NCBI GenBank assembly: GCA_038042235.1
Contig: JBBTEQ010000076.1
Location: forward strand, 4,474 to 46,936
Reading direction: 5' to 3'
DNA: 42,463 bases
Origin: Bdellovibrionota bacterium
GTDB lineage: Bacteria > Bdellovibrionota > Bdellovibrionia > Bdellovibrionales > Bdellovibrionaceae
Shown here: positions 8,581 through 18,855 of the stretch, piece by piece
Layout of the letters: every line of letters begins with the position of its first letter
Position numbering within the stretch: position 1 is the stretch's first letter
Translations under genes and position numbers: made by a program
Notes under the pieces: generated by a model
The model's database searches: none
Seen by the model: the letters and a program-made list of their open reading frames with translations, nothing else
Told to the model about the DNA's origin: nothing

Positions 8581-9693
8581 ATGACTCACTGGAAGCAGCG
8601 CTCAACAACGAACTTAGATGTGGTCTATTTCAACTATCAAGAGACTGCTCAAACAAGTGCTGAGAGCACAATACTGGCCAGCTCTCAAGGTGAAAAAACA
8701 GGCGAAGTGTATATCTGGGATTTAGATAAAACCTATCTTGATACCTCAATCGACTCACTTTCTGGTCTGTTTCATACAATTTTCGAAAAGGCTTTTACAA
8801 AAAAAAATGTTCCAGGAACTCCCGATATTATCAGAAGCCTGGCTCGTTATCGTAAGAAGAATTTTAATGAGCTAAACTTTCCACTTTTTTTTGTTTCTGC
8901 ATCGCCGCCACAAATGGAATCAAAGGTCTATGAAAAATTTGTGATCGACGAGATTCGGCCTATCGGGATGTTTTATAAAGACAATTTGAAAAACTTATCT
9001 CCCAGGAAATTATTATTTTTAAAAAAACAAATTGGTTATAAGGTTCAGTCACTTTTGCAGCTTCGAACACATCTTTCTAAAAATGCTAAGATGATTTGTT
9101 TTGGAGATGATTCTGAGTCGGATGCCACCATCTATAATTTATTTTCTGATATCTGTGCCCGTCGTCATACAGAATCGCAATTGACCTCATTACTCGAAGA
9201 TTTGGGAGTTAATTATGCTCAGATCGATGAAATCTTAAGATTGCAAAGCGTTATCGTAATTCAAGACCCGGTTGAAAAAATATATATTAATCTGGCAACC
9301 GATACCGACCCTGAATATTATCTAAAATATGGTAGACGAACTTTACCAACCTATAATTCCTTTCAGGTTGCGCTCGATCTAGTGCAAGATCAAAGGCTTT
9401 CACTTGAAGAATTGGGATTTATAGCAAATGGTTTGATAGAAATATATAAGTTTACCGCCGATCAGTTGGCGCATGCATTTGAAGAACTTATCAGAAGGCG
9501 TGTTATAGGTTTATCGAGTTATGAAATGATAAAAAATTATTTTATTGAGAAGAAAATAATTTCACATTCTTGGACTCCTAAAATCGAACCACTTAAGGAA
9601 AAAACAACAGATAATGGCCACGTTTATGAACTCGATGGCATTTTTGAATCTTGGATACCAAGACATATTGATTATTTAAAAGACTACAGATAG
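8581..9693 (+). CDS. HAD-superfamily phosphatase, App1 (phosphatidate phosphatase)-like
   Basis: WDLDKT (DxD), VSASP, motif III Lys, FGDDSESD. Confidence 0.7.
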   Translation: MTHWKQRSTTNLDVVYFNYQETAQTSAESTILASSQGEKTGEVYIWDLDKTYLDTSIDSLSGLFHTIFEKAFTKKNVPGTPDIIRSLARYRKKNFNELNFPLFFVSASPPQMESKVYEKFVIDEIRPIGMFYKDNLKNLSPRKLLFLKKQIGYKVQSLLQLRTHLSKNAKMICFGDDSESDATIYNLFSDICARRHTESQLTSLLEDLGVNYAQIDEILRLQSVIVIQDPVEKIYINLATDTDPEYYLKYGRRTLPTYNSFQVALDLVQDQRLSLEELGFIANGLIEIYKFTADQLAHAFEELIRRRVIGLSSYEMIKNYFIEKKIISHSWTPKIEPLKEKTTDNGHVYELDGIFESWIPRHIDYLKDYR

Positions 9694-10473
9694 CTATTCA
9701 AACTTCAGCGGAAATACGGTAGCAACTGCATTTCCGCTAAATGCTCTGAAGCGTGTTCGCGCTACTACTTCCTGCAGACAAACCTTAAAAGTAACGTCTG
9801 AAATATCTGATTTTGAAATCTCCACTTTAGTGGCGCGCCCTTGTTTTTCTATTAAAAAGGAAATCAAAACCTGGCCAGAAGCTTGGGGGTTTTTTTGTAT
9901 TAGTTGTCCGAAGCACCTAAAAAAATCATTCTTTTTTGAAGTTAACACGGTTTCAATTTCAAGCTGAGATATATTTTCTTTTAAATGAGAGGCTGGCAGG
10001 GCTTCGGTTAACTTATTAGTTCTTGTTTTATCTATCAGCGCATAATCTATGGCACTGTAAATTTGCCCGTTCTGACGAATCCAAAAGGAAGGAGTTTTGC
10101 CGAATTTTTCAATAAATATATCACCGGTTCTGATAACAACAACCGGGGTTCCATTATCGAGAACATCAATTAATACTTCAGTTTTTTCTGCAACGCGAAA
10201 CTGTCCACCACTGTTAAACTCAATAAGAACTTCTGAGTTACTATCGGTTCTGATAATATCGCGATCATTAATATTGTCGGTTATTTTAATTTCAACAGCG
10301 GCAGGCATTTCACTATTTTGAAATTTAACAGATCCTGTTGTCTCGATGACCTTCGCCAGTTTTTTTTGTGAAAAATTTAATTGGAAATTATTCTGCGGTA
10401 GCCATGTTGAAAAAAAAATCAGCGCGACACCTGCGGCTATAAGAACTGGTACGAGCCAATTATTTTTTTTCAT
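9694..10473 (-). CDS. Membrane protein with a FecR-like domain and an AgmX/PglI (TonB-C-like) C-terminal domain
   Basis: N-terminal TM; DIIRTDSNSEVLIEF..GG.FRV (FecR-like); FFRCF...GQVLISFLIEKQG...CL...F...VFPLKF. Confidence 0.75.
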   Translation of the reverse strand: MKKNNWLVPVLIAAGVALIFFSTWLPQNNFQLNFSQKKLAKVIETTGSVKFQNSEMPAAVEIKITDNINDRDIIRTDSNSEVLIEFNSGGQFRVAEKTEVLIDVLDNGTPVVVIRTGDIFIEKFGKTPSFWIRQNGQIYSAIDYALIDKTRTNKLTEALPASHLKENISQLEIETVLTSKKNDFFRCFGQLIQKNPQASGQVLISFLIEKQGRATKVEISKSDISDVTFKVCLQEVVARTRFRAFSGNAVATVFPLKFE

Positions 10474-10840
10474 TCGTTGCCGGTACCGAAGCGCCTGCCG
10501 AATCGTTAGGTGCTGGAGTTGCTTGAGCCGCAGCTGCCGTAGAGTCTTCAGTTGTAGCTGGCGCAGTTGCGGCAGGTGGGGTTACGGGTAGCATTGTATC
10601 CACAACGGATTTTTCTGATCTTGCTGACATGATAGATAAGCCAATGCAAGTTGCAGCAAAGACACCCGCAATTACCTTTGTCATGGTCTGTGCCAACGAT
10701 GTGGCTCCGCCAGCACCTAGAACTGAGCTAGATGAACCTTGAGATGTAAAAACTCCGCCGCCTTTTGAATCTTGAATTAGAACAAGGCCAACTAAACCCA
10801 GACAGGCAATAATGTGTATAATGGCTAAAAATGTGATCAT
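10460..10840 (-). CDS. secG: Preprotein translocase subunit SecG
   Basis: LVLIQDSKGGG...LAQTMT; two TMs; Ala/Pro/Thr-rich tail; GAGGAG SD before ATG 10840. Confidence 0.93.
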   Translation of the reverse strand: MITFLAIIHIIACLGLVGLVLIQDSKGGGVFTSQGSSSSVLGAGGATSLAQTMTKVIAGVFAATCIGLSIMSARSEKSVVDTMLPVTPPAATAPATTEDSTAAAAQATPAPNDSAGASVPATNEKK

Positions 10841-10990
10841 TAGATTCTCCTCGTGCAAAATAATAAATAGGCTTAAAAAAGTTAAACTATATCCGCCGTG
10901 TTCTTACGTCTAGTCTTTATGATAAATCCGGGCGCTTGACGCATTGTTTAATGATGACAAAATCACAGTGTTACGAGATATGTAGTGCCT

Positions 10991-11626
10991 ATGTTTTTTT
11001 TGGCGTTCGAAGGTCTTGATGGCTCTGGTAAGTCTTCCTTGATGAATCAGTTACAGAACTATTTAAGCCTAAATAATATCAGCTTTATTAAAACCCGCGA
11101 GCCAGGCGGCACCGATATCGGTGACCAGCTTCGAGACATCATTTTAGTTAAAAAAAATGAAGTTCCTACTCCAAGAGCTGAATTATTACTCTATGAAGCC
11201 AGTCGGGCCCAGCACGTTGATTTAGTGATTAAACCTGCGCTTCAAAATAAAAAGTGGGTGTTATGCGATCGTTTTACTGCTAGTTCAGTTGCTTTTCAGG
11301 CAGGGGGGCGCCAGATTTCTGAAGATCAAGTTAATTGGCTCAATAATTTTGCGACAGACGCATTAAATCCTGATTTGAATATTTTGCTCGATTTAACTGT
11401 TGAAGAGTCTCATAAGCGCCGTCAAAAAAGATTATTAGAAATCGGCGAGGTCGAGGATCGAATGGAGTCCGAAGCTAATTCTTTTCATAATCGAGTCCGA
11501 GAATCTTTTTTAATCCAGGCGAAAAAAAAACAATCCAAATGGCTTGTGCTTGATGCTTCAAAAACACCTGAAAATCTGTTTGATATTCTTATTCGTGCAT
11601 TAAAGGATCGAAAATGGCTCGAATAA
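10991..11626 (+). CDS. tmk: Thymidylate kinase
   Basis: FEGLDGSGKS, TREPGGT, LCDRF..SS.AFQ, DRME. Confidence 0.96.
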   Translation: MFFLAFEGLDGSGKSSLMNQLQNYLSLNNISFIKTREPGGTDIGDQLRDIILVKKNEVPTPRAELLLYEASRAQHVDLVIKPALQNKKWVLCDRFTASSVAFQAGGRQISEDQVNWLNNFATDALNPDLNILLDLTVEESHKRRQKRLLEIGEVEDRMESEANSFHNRVRESFLIQAKKKQSKWLVLDASKTPENLFDILIRALKDRKWLE

Positions 11627-12579
11627 TTGAATCTGTTCTTGGGCATGAAAATGAAATTTCAAAACTATTTAGGTTGAAAAATGCTGGGCGCTGGCCACAT
11701 GCGATCATGTTTGTAGGACCTTCCGGCATAGGTAAAATGAAGCTAGCATTGGCCTTTGCTCAGGCGCTTGTTTGTGAGCAGGCAAGTGATGCTTGCGGAG
11801 TTTGTGGTGCTTGTTTGCGTATTGAAAAAAAACAATCGGAAAGTTTAACAATACTTATGCCCGACCCAGAACTGATGAGGCCGGTTATCAAAGTTGAAAA
11901 AATACGTCATCTGCTTGATTCACTTTCGCTGGCGTCAATAGGCCCAGCACGTGTAGTTATTATTGATCAGGCTCAGACATTGAATGCACAAGCCTCAAAT
12001 GCACTTTTAAAAACTCTTGAAGAACCCACACCAAATGTTTTTTTTATTTTAATTGCTAATGATATTTATCAGTTTTTACCAACCATACGTTCACGTACAC
12101 AGGTGGTGAGATTTGCAAGTTTAACTAATGAACAAATAAAAAAAATAAAACCAAATCTCCCGGATTGGATTTATATCAGTTCGCGTGGACAGATGGATCG
12201 TTTGCAACTTTTAGCTTCTGCAGATGGAATAGATAAAAGAGAAGAAGCCTTGAGCTTTTTTGAGCAATTTTGTCAAAATGAAAATTTTTTAATGGATAAA
12301 ACCTGGCGAGATTTGGTCAAAGATAGATCTTGGGCTCTCTACAGCATTAATTGCTGGCTGCAGATGGTGCGAGATGCGGTTATTTTAAAGACTGAATCGC
12401 AGAAATTTATTTTGAATAGAGATCAAACTGAAAGATTAAAAGAACTTTATAAACTATCAGTGAATAAACTTTTATGGTTGTGTCACAAGCTGATTTTAAC
12501 TGAAAAAGAAATTAATTCTAACGCCGACACTGCTTTGGTATTTGAAGATTTATGGATACAATATGCAAGAGTGGATTGA
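11614..12579 (+). CDS. holB: DNA polymerase III delta' subunit
   Basis: GPSGIGK, zinc motif C...CGVCGAC, NALLKTLEEP, PTIRSR; lies between tmk and tatD. Confidence 0.92.
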   Translation: MARIIESVLGHENEISKLFRLKNAGRWPHAIMFVGPSGIGKMKLALAFAQALVCEQASDACGVCGACLRIEKKQSESLTILMPDPELMRPVIKVEKIRHLLDSLSLASIGPARVVIIDQAQTLNAQASNALLKTLEEPTPNVFFILIANDIYQFLPTIRSRTQVVRFASLTNEQIKKIKPNLPDWIYISSRGQMDRLQLLASADGIDKREEALSFFEQFCQNENFLMDKTWRDLVKDRSWALYSINCWLQMVRDAVILKTESQKFILNRDQTERLKELYKLSVNKLLWLCHKLILTEKEINSNADTALVFEDLWIQYARVD

Positions 12580-13339
12580 TATACACTGTCACCTGGATCG
12601 GCTAGAGGGCGGCCCTGAGTTAGCTTTGAGTCAGGCTCTGGCGGCAGGTGTTAAGCGTATTATAACAATTGGTACTGAGCCCGAGGATTTACCAGTGGTT
12701 ATTGCCTTGGCCGAAAAGCACGCGCCGCATGTTTTTTGTACTATTGGAGTTCACCCCCATGATGGAGTTAAATATAATAGTGGAGTCGGTGAGTTTATAA
12801 GAAAAAATGCGAATCATCCGCGTGTGGTCGCTATTGGCGAGATCGGCCTTGATTATTATTACAATCAGTCACCTAAAGTCGAACAACTTTTGGCTTTCAG
12901 AGAGCAATTGCAAATTGCGGCAGAGGTAGGCTTGCCGGTCGAAATCCATACGCGTGATGCAGAAGAAGACACAATTAAAATTCTGACAGAATACAAGGGG
13001 CGCGTAAAAGGAGTGATTCATTGTTTTACCGGCACGGAGCATTTAGCCAGTGAGGCGCTTAGTTTGGGGTATAATATTTCAATTTCTGGGGTCGTAACCT
13101 TTAAAAATGCAGAAAGCCTTAGAAATATAGTTAAGAATATTATTCCGTTAGATCGATTGCATGTCGAGACCGACGCGCCCTTTCTGGCGCCGGTACCCAT
13201 GCGCGGTAAGCCTAATACTGCAGCCTATGTTATACACACCGCACAGGTTGTAGCTGATCTTAAAAACGTGAGCTTGCAAATTCTATGTGAACAAACTAAA
13301 AAAAATGCTGAAAAACTATTTTTTAAATTATTAAATTAA
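12563..13339 (+). CDS. tatD: TatD-family hydrolase
   Basis: DIHCH, GVHPH, GEIGLDY, IHTRDA, IHCF, ETDAPFLAP. Confidence 0.94.
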   Translation: MQEWIDIHCHLDRLEGGPELALSQALAAGVKRIITIGTEPEDLPVVIALAEKHAPHVFCTIGVHPHDGVKYNSGVGEFIRKNANHPRVVAIGEIGLDYYYNQSPKVEQLLAFREQLQIAAEVGLPVEIHTRDAEEDTIKILTEYKGRVKGVIHCFTGTEHLASEALSLGYNISISGVVTFKNAESLRNIVKNIIPLDRLHVETDAPFLAPVPMRGKPNTAAYVIHTAQVVADLKNVSLQILCEQTKKNAEKLFFKLLN

Positions 13340-13350
13340 AGGGAGTTAAA

Positions 13351-14355
13351 ATGTCTAAATTAAAAGTCGGTATAAATGGTTTCGGTCGCATCGGTCGTAT
13401 TTTTTTTCGCGAGGGATTTGAAAAATTAGATATTGTCGGGATTAATTCACTTGATAGTGTTGAAGGTATGGCGCATTTGCTAAAGTACGATTCTACACAG
13501 GGTATTTTTAAGGCTGATGTTTCTCATGATGAAAAAAATCTGATTGTAAACGGTAAAAAAATTCCCGTAACACAAACAAAAGATCCAGCACAAATTCCAT
13601 GGAAGAGCTGGGGCGTTGAAATGGTTATGGAATGTACCGGTGCTTTAAAAGGCAAAGAAGACTTTCAAAAACATATTGCCGCTGGAGCTAAAAAAGTAAT
13701 GATTTCAGCCCCTGCGGATGGTGTTGATCTAACGGTGGTTTACGGAATTAATCACACTCAGTATGACTCAACTAAACATACAATTTTATCTAATGCTTCA
13801 TGTACAACAAATTGCTTAGCGCCAATTGCAAAAGTTCTGAACGAGTCCTTTGGAATTGAAAGCGGAACAATGTTGACCATTCATTCCTACACCAACGATC
13901 AGAAGATTTTAGATGCTCCTCATAAGGACCTAAGGCGCTCGCGTAGTGCTGCTGTTTCAATGATACCGACTACAACAGGCGCGGCTAAAGCCGTAGGTTT
14001 GGTTTTACCTGAGTTAAAAGGAAAGATTGATGGTTTATCAGTGCGCGTACCAACGCCGAATGTCAGTTTGGTTGATTTTACTTTTCTAGCAAAAAAACAG
14101 ACAACAGTAACAGAAGTTAATGATGCTCTAAGGGCTGCCGCTCGGGGCTCATTAAAGAATATTTTGCTAGTTGAAGAAAAAGAATTAGTCAGTGTTGATT
14201 TTAACGGAAATCCTCATTCTTCAATTGTTGATGCTAAAACAACGATGGTTATCAATGGTAATACGGTTAAGGTGTTATCATGGTACGATAATGAATGTGG
14301 CTTTTCTAATCGCATGGTAGATATGGCATTGTATATGGCGGCAGCATCAAAATAA
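13351..14355 (+). CDS. gap: Glyceraldehyde-3-phosphate dehydrogenase
   Basis: GINGFGRIGR, ASCTTNCL, WYDNE. Confidence 0.98.
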   Translation: MSKLKVGINGFGRIGRIFFREGFEKLDIVGINSLDSVEGMAHLLKYDSTQGIFKADVSHDEKNLIVNGKKIPVTQTKDPAQIPWKSWGVEMVMECTGALKGKEDFQKHIAAGAKKVMISAPADGVDLTVVYGINHTQYDSTKHTILSNASCTTNCLAPIAKVLNESFGIESGTMLTIHSYTNDQKILDAPHKDLRRSRSAAVSMIPTTTGAAKAVGLVLPELKGKIDGLSVRVPTPNVSLVDFTFLAKKQTTVTEVNDALRAAARGSLKNILLVEEKELVSVDFNGNPHSSIVDAKTTMVINGNTVKVLSWYDNECGFSNRMVDMALYMAAASK

Positions 14356-14380
14356 GAAAATCTTCTCAGAGGGAATAGTT

Positions 14381-15613
14381 ATGGCGCAAAATGAAATTGC
14401 AGGATTAAGGGGTATTAAAACAGTTCGCGATTTCGAACTTGCGGGTAAAACTGTGTTTTTGCGCTTGGATCTAAATGTGCCTTTGAGTGGGACCAAAATA
14501 ACTGACGAAACCCGTATTACAGCTAGTTTGCCGACGATAAACTACTGTCTTGAAAAAGGTGCTAAACTGATTATTGCCTCTCATTTGGGACGACCTAAAT
14601 CTGCCAATGATAAAAAATATTCTTTAGAGCCGGTGGCCATAAGAATGTCTGAACTTTTAAATAAAGAAGTTGTATTAATGGAAGAGCCCAGCTCTGAGGG
14701 CGTCAAACACATATTGTACGGCAATATGAAAAATGAAATTATTATGCTCGAGAATCTTCGTTTCGACGAAGGTGAGGTTGAAAATAAAACAGAACTTGCG
14801 AATCAATGGGCCAGTTACAGTGATATTTATATTAATGATGCTTTTGGGGCCTGCCACAGGGCTCATGCGAGTATTCATGCATTCCCTGAGATGATGCAGA
14901 AAAAAGGAATTGGCTTCTTAATTGAAAAAGAAATAAAAATGCTGGCCAGCCTTACCGATAATCCCAAGAAACCTTATATTGCTGTTCTTGGTGGTGCTAA
15001 GATTTCTGATAAAATCGAAGTCATCGAAAAGTTAATTGATTTGGTCGATGGTTTTATTATCGGCGGTGCAATGGCCTATACTTTTTTGAAAGCCAAAGAT
15101 ATTGCAGTTGGAAAATCATTGGTTGAAACTGATAAAATTAAATATGCAAAAGATATGATTCAAAGGGTTGAGGCGCGAAATAAATCAATGCTCTTGCCGG
15201 TAGATCATGTGGTCTCAACTGAGTTTGGCAATACCGAAAATAAAAAAATAACAGATTCTGCAAGTATAGCAGAAAACTACATGGGTCTAGATATCGGACC
15301 TCAAAGTATTAAAAATTTTACAGCTGCCTTGAATGGCGCGGCCACTGTTTTTTGGAATGGTCCTATGGGCGTTTTTGAAAACAAGGCTTTTTGTGAAGGT
15401 ACCTTTGCTGTCGCAAAAGCCTTGGCCGAATCAAGTGCAATTAAAATTGTGGGCGGAGGAGACTCAGCAGCTGCTGCAGAGGCTTCTGGTTATGCAAGTA
15501 AAATGACGCATATTTCAACTGGCGGTGGTGCAAGTTTAGAGTATCTTCAAGGAGAAAAGCTTCCCGGACTTGAAATTTTAAGGCCACGTAAACAAAGTGA
15601 AAAGGTCGATTAA
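14381..15613 (+). CDS. pgk: Phosphoglycerate kinase
   Basis: RLDLNVP, SHLGRP, NDAFG..HRAH, WNGPMG, STGGGA. Confidence 0.98.
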   Translation: MAQNEIAGLRGIKTVRDFELAGKTVFLRLDLNVPLSGTKITDETRITASLPTINYCLEKGAKLIIASHLGRPKSANDKKYSLEPVAIRMSELLNKEVVLMEEPSSEGVKHILYGNMKNEIIMLENLRFDEGEVENKTELANQWASYSDIYINDAFGACHRAHASIHAFPEMMQKKGIGFLIEKEIKMLASLTDNPKKPYIAVLGGAKISDKIEVIEKLIDLVDGFIIGGAMAYTFLKAKDIAVGKSLVETDKIKYAKDMIQRVEARNKSMLLPVDHVVSTEFGNTENKKITDSASIAENYMGLDIGPQSIKNFTAALNGAATVFWNGPMGVFENKAFCEGTFAVAKALAESSAIKIVGGGDSAAAAEASGYASKMTHISTGGGASLEYLQGEKLPGLEILRPRKQSEKVD

Positions 15614-16374
15614 TGAGCTCTAAAAAAAATAGTAAAATATTTGCAGCCAATTGGAAATTAAATAAAACACCAGAAGAGGCGCGTGAGTTTGTTATAGGCT
15701 TTAAAAATGAAGTTTTTAAAAAATCTGATTTTTTTATGAGTAAAGAAATTATAATATTTCCTCAGGCTTTTTCATTAGAGGCCCTTTCAAGTCTTTGTGC
15801 CGGTACCGCTATTGGTTATGGTCCGCAAAATATTTACTCTGAAAAATCGGGAGCCTTTACTGGCGAAAATTCGGCAGAAATGGCTAAGTCACTCAAATGT
15901 AAATATGTTCTAATCGGGCACAGTGAGCGCCGCGAAATTTTTAAAGAGCAAGATGAGCTGGTTAATAAAAAGTTAGCCTTAACCCAATCCTTGGATCTTA
16001 CACCGGTGTTTTGTATTGGCGAAACTTTGGCCAGTCGAGAAGCGGGTCAAACATTCAAAGTCTGTATTTCTCAACTAGAAAATGGGCTAAAAAATTTAGA
16101 TAAAACCAAAAGATTTATTATTGCTTATGAGCCGGTATGGGCTATTGGAACCGGAAAAGTTGCAACAGTTGCACAAGTGGCCGAAGTTCATAGTGAATTA
16201 AATAAATATTTGACTTCGTATGGTCTGATTGATTTTCAGCTTCTTTATGGCGGTAGTGTCAAGCCGGAAAACTCTTTGGAGCTATTGAATACTCCCTTTG
16301 TAAATGGGTTTTTAATCGGTGGTGCAGCTTTACAGGTGGAGTCTTTTATTAAGATTTGTGGGTCGGAATTATGA
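15613..16374 (+). CDS. tpiA: Triosephosphate isomerase
   Basis: ANWK, GHSERR, AYEPVWAIGTG, YGGSV. Confidence 0.98.
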   Translation: MSSKKNSKIFAANWKLNKTPEEAREFVIGFKNEVFKKSDFFMSKEIIIFPQAFSLEALSSLCAGTAIGYGPQNIYSEKSGAFTGENSAEMAKSLKCKYVLIGHSERREIFKEQDELVNKKLALTQSLDLTPVFCIGETLASREAGQTFKVCISQLENGLKNLDKTKRFIIAYEPVWAIGTGKVATVAQVAEVHSELNKYLTSYGLIDFQLLYGGSVKPENSLELLNTPFVNGFLIGGAALQVESFIKICGSEL

Positions 16375-17588
16375 AAGTTACTCTTCAAGACATCCAAACA
16401 GCAGAGCAGGCTATAAATAGTTTCATCACTGAGACTTCGTGTAATTATAACAGATCCATTTCAAAATTAGTGGGCGCTGATATTTATCTAAAACTAGAAA
16501 ACAACCAGCGAACGGGTAGTTTTAAGATGCGCGGTGCCGTTAACAAAATTGCATCATTAACAAGTAGTGAAAGACTTAAAGGTGTTGTTGCATGTTCTGC
16601 CGGAAATCATGCTCAGGGTGTTGCTTTAAGTGCCAGTCTTAGCAATGTAAAATCTGTTATTGTAATGCCAGAAACAGCGCCGCTTACAAAAATCGAGGCC
16701 ACCAAGAATTACGGTGCAGAAGTTATTTTAAAAGGTCAGACTTTTGATGATGCCCGAGATTATGCTTATCAACTAGCAAAAGAAAAATCATATATTGTTG
16801 TTCACCCGTATGAAGATGAAAAGATTATTTCGGGTCAGGGAACAATTGGTTTGGAGCTTTCTAAACAGGTTAAGGATCTGGATTTGGTCGTTGTGCCTAT
16901 AGGCGGCGGAGGCCTGATCAGCGGCATAGCTATAGCATTAAAAACGCTAAATCCTAAAATTAAAATTATAGGTGTTCAGGCGGCAGTTGCTGATTCGATG
17001 TTTCAGCTTTATAAGAATCTGAACAGTAATAATAAAACAAATGAATCTAAAGTGAATTTATCTTCTATCGCCGACGGTATTGTGATTAAAGCTCCCAGCC
17101 AGATAATGTACGATAATTTTATTTCAAAATATGTTGATGATGTTGTGGTTATAACTGAAGGTGAAATAGCAGAAGCCATTGTTTTTTTACTGGAAAGAAC
17201 TAAATCAGTTGCTGAAGGGGCCGGTGCGGCAGCATTGGCATCCGTGCTTTCTGGAAAAATAAAATTGCAAAAGAAAAATTGCATACTAGTTTCAGGTGGA
17301 AATATTGATCTGAATATAGTTTCACAAGTCATACAGCGCGGACAAATTCAGCGCGGACGACTAAGTGAAATGTCGGTTATTGTTACGGATATCCCTGGAA
17401 GTTTGAGTCAATTGACAAGGATATTGGCTGAACATAAGGCAAATGTGCTAGAAGTTCATCATGATCGCGTTAAACTCGGACTTAATCTTAAAGAAACCAA
17501 GATCGATTTTGTAATTGAGACCACTGGTCACGAACATATTAAGCAGATTCAAGCAGCTTTTAGAACTCTGGGTGCTAAAGTACTTTAG
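16371..17588 (+). CDS. ilvA: Threonine ammonia-lyase (PLP-dependent, single C-terminal ACT domain)
   Basis: GSFKMRGA, SAGNHAQG, GGGGL, SGGNID, ACT DIPGSL; ATGA overlap with tpiA. Confidence 0.92.
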   Translation: MKVTLQDIQTAEQAINSFITETSCNYNRSISKLVGADIYLKLENNQRTGSFKMRGAVNKIASLTSSERLKGVVACSAGNHAQGVALSASLSNVKSVIVMPETAPLTKIEATKNYGAEVILKGQTFDDARDYAYQLAKEKSYIVVHPYEDEKIISGQGTIGLELSKQVKDLDLVVVPIGGGGLISGIAIALKTLNPKIKIIGVQAAVADSMFQLYKNLNSNNKTNESKVNLSSIADGIVIKAPSQIMYDNFISKYVDDVVVITEGEIAEAIVFLLERTKSVAEGAGAAALASVLSGKIKLQKKNCILVSGGNIDLNIVSQVIQRGQIQRGRLSEMSVIVTDIPGSLSQLTRILAEHKANVLEVHHDRVKLGLNLKETKIDFVIETTGHEHIKQIQAAFRTLGAKVL

Positions 17589-17613
17589 CCTAACTAAGGT
17601 AACCAATAAAGAA

Positions 17614-18855
17614 CTACGCCCAGATAATTTCGACGACATCATTCTTTTTTAAGTTGTGCTCTCCACGTTGTAATAACTCATTATTCACCTTAAAGGTATT
17701 ATTTGATTTTTCCGTAAAGTAATTATTTTTTATATTTACTTTAATAGGTGAATCACAGCAAACCTCAAATTTAATTTGATTAATTAATTCTAAGCGCTTC
17801 ATCTTTTTTAATGATATCGAGTTGCTGGTGACCAGCTCTTCAAACTTATTTAAGAACACAATTTGTGAAGAAATAATATTATTTGCGTGGCACTTATCCG
17901 TATGAATTTCAAAATTCAAATAATTGGTGTATTCAAATGCAGTTTGAGATTTTCGCGTATAGGTGTTCAGTTGTTTCATGTTGTGCTCACACATTTGAGA
18001 GCATACTGATTGTAACTCCAGATTGTATTCACCGGTCGGATGTGGACGAGAAACAATAGATCTTGGTGGTAAAATAATTTTAATCTTATCCAATATTGAT
18101 TGCGTAAAAAAACTATTAATTTGGTAAAAATCAATAATCTTTTTTATTATTGCACTTTCAATTACATGTGAAGACGTGTGCATTTGAGTCGCCAAATTTG
18201 TATTGGTAAAATCAAGTGTAAGAAGCTTTTGGTTCTGCTTTTCTTCGGCGGTGAATTTGAGCTTAATGATGCAATTAGGTAAAACTTGATGGTAAGCCTC
18301 AAAACCACCCTGTGCCTTGCTGGCAAACTGGATCGAGAAAATTTCGTTGGTTGAATTAAGCCAGATTTGTTGGTTTTTGGCACTGGCCAGTGCATTTAGA
18401 ATTTCTTTAAGTTTTAGAATTCGATCAATATTATTTTTTTGTAGATCAAAAAAAGATTCCAGCTCCTGAGAATATTTACTGGTCTGAACAAGCGCCTGCC
18501 AAATAAAGTCATTTCTTACGCCTTTTTCAAAAAGCGGGGTTGGAGGTATTTTGAAATCTATAAAAAAATTATCCTCATCCCAGATTAAAAATAAATTAGT
18601 GGTTAAGCACGATATAAAAATAAGTTTCGAATAATGGTAGCCGCCATTTTCCGGATCATTTAGAACAAAGAAATCTTGAGGCTTTGGATTTAAATATTTT
18701 TTAATGATCTGAAAAGCCACTAGGCGTGTGGTTGTTAATAGTTCTAGATTGGTATCTTTTGAGTAGAGTAATGTGCCCTCGCCGTTAACAAGCGAACAAG
18801 AAGTATAATTTTTTAAGATGATTTTTAGGTGCGATTGATAGTTTAAAAAATTCAT
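17614..18855 (-). CDS. Highly divergent hydantoinase B/oxoprolinase-like protein
   Basis: DFFVLNDPENGGYH resembles GDVFITNDPY.GGTH; IPPTPL resembles IPPVKL; LDFTNT resembles VDFTGT; IILPPRSIV; terminal DVVEI. Confidence 0.6.
   Translation of the reverse strand: MNFLNYQSHLKIILKNYTSCSLVNGEGTLLYSKDTNLELLTTTRLVAFQIIKKYLNPKPQDFFVLNDPENGGYHYSKLIFISCLTTNLFLIWDEDNFFIDFKIPPTPLFEKGVRNDFIWQALVQTSKYSQELESFFDLQKNNIDRILKLKEILNALASAKNQQIWLNSTNEIFSIQFASKAQGGFEAYHQVLPNCIIKLKFTAEEKQNQKLLTLDFTNTNLATQMHTSSHVIESAIIKKIIDFYQINSFFTQSILDKIKIILPPRSIVSRPHPTGEYNLELQSVCSQMCEHNMKQLNTYTRKSQTAFEYTNYLNFEIHTDKCHANNIISSQIVFLNKFEELVTSNSISLKKMKRLELINQIKFEVCCDSPIKVNIKNNYFTEKSNNTFKVNNELLQRGEHNLKKNDVVEIIWA

Noticed and set aside
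10346-10591. Cys/Arg-rich 81-aa ORF resembling a peptide toxin
   Set aside because: It is the antisense reading of the Ala/Pro/Thr-rich secG tail and the start of the next gene
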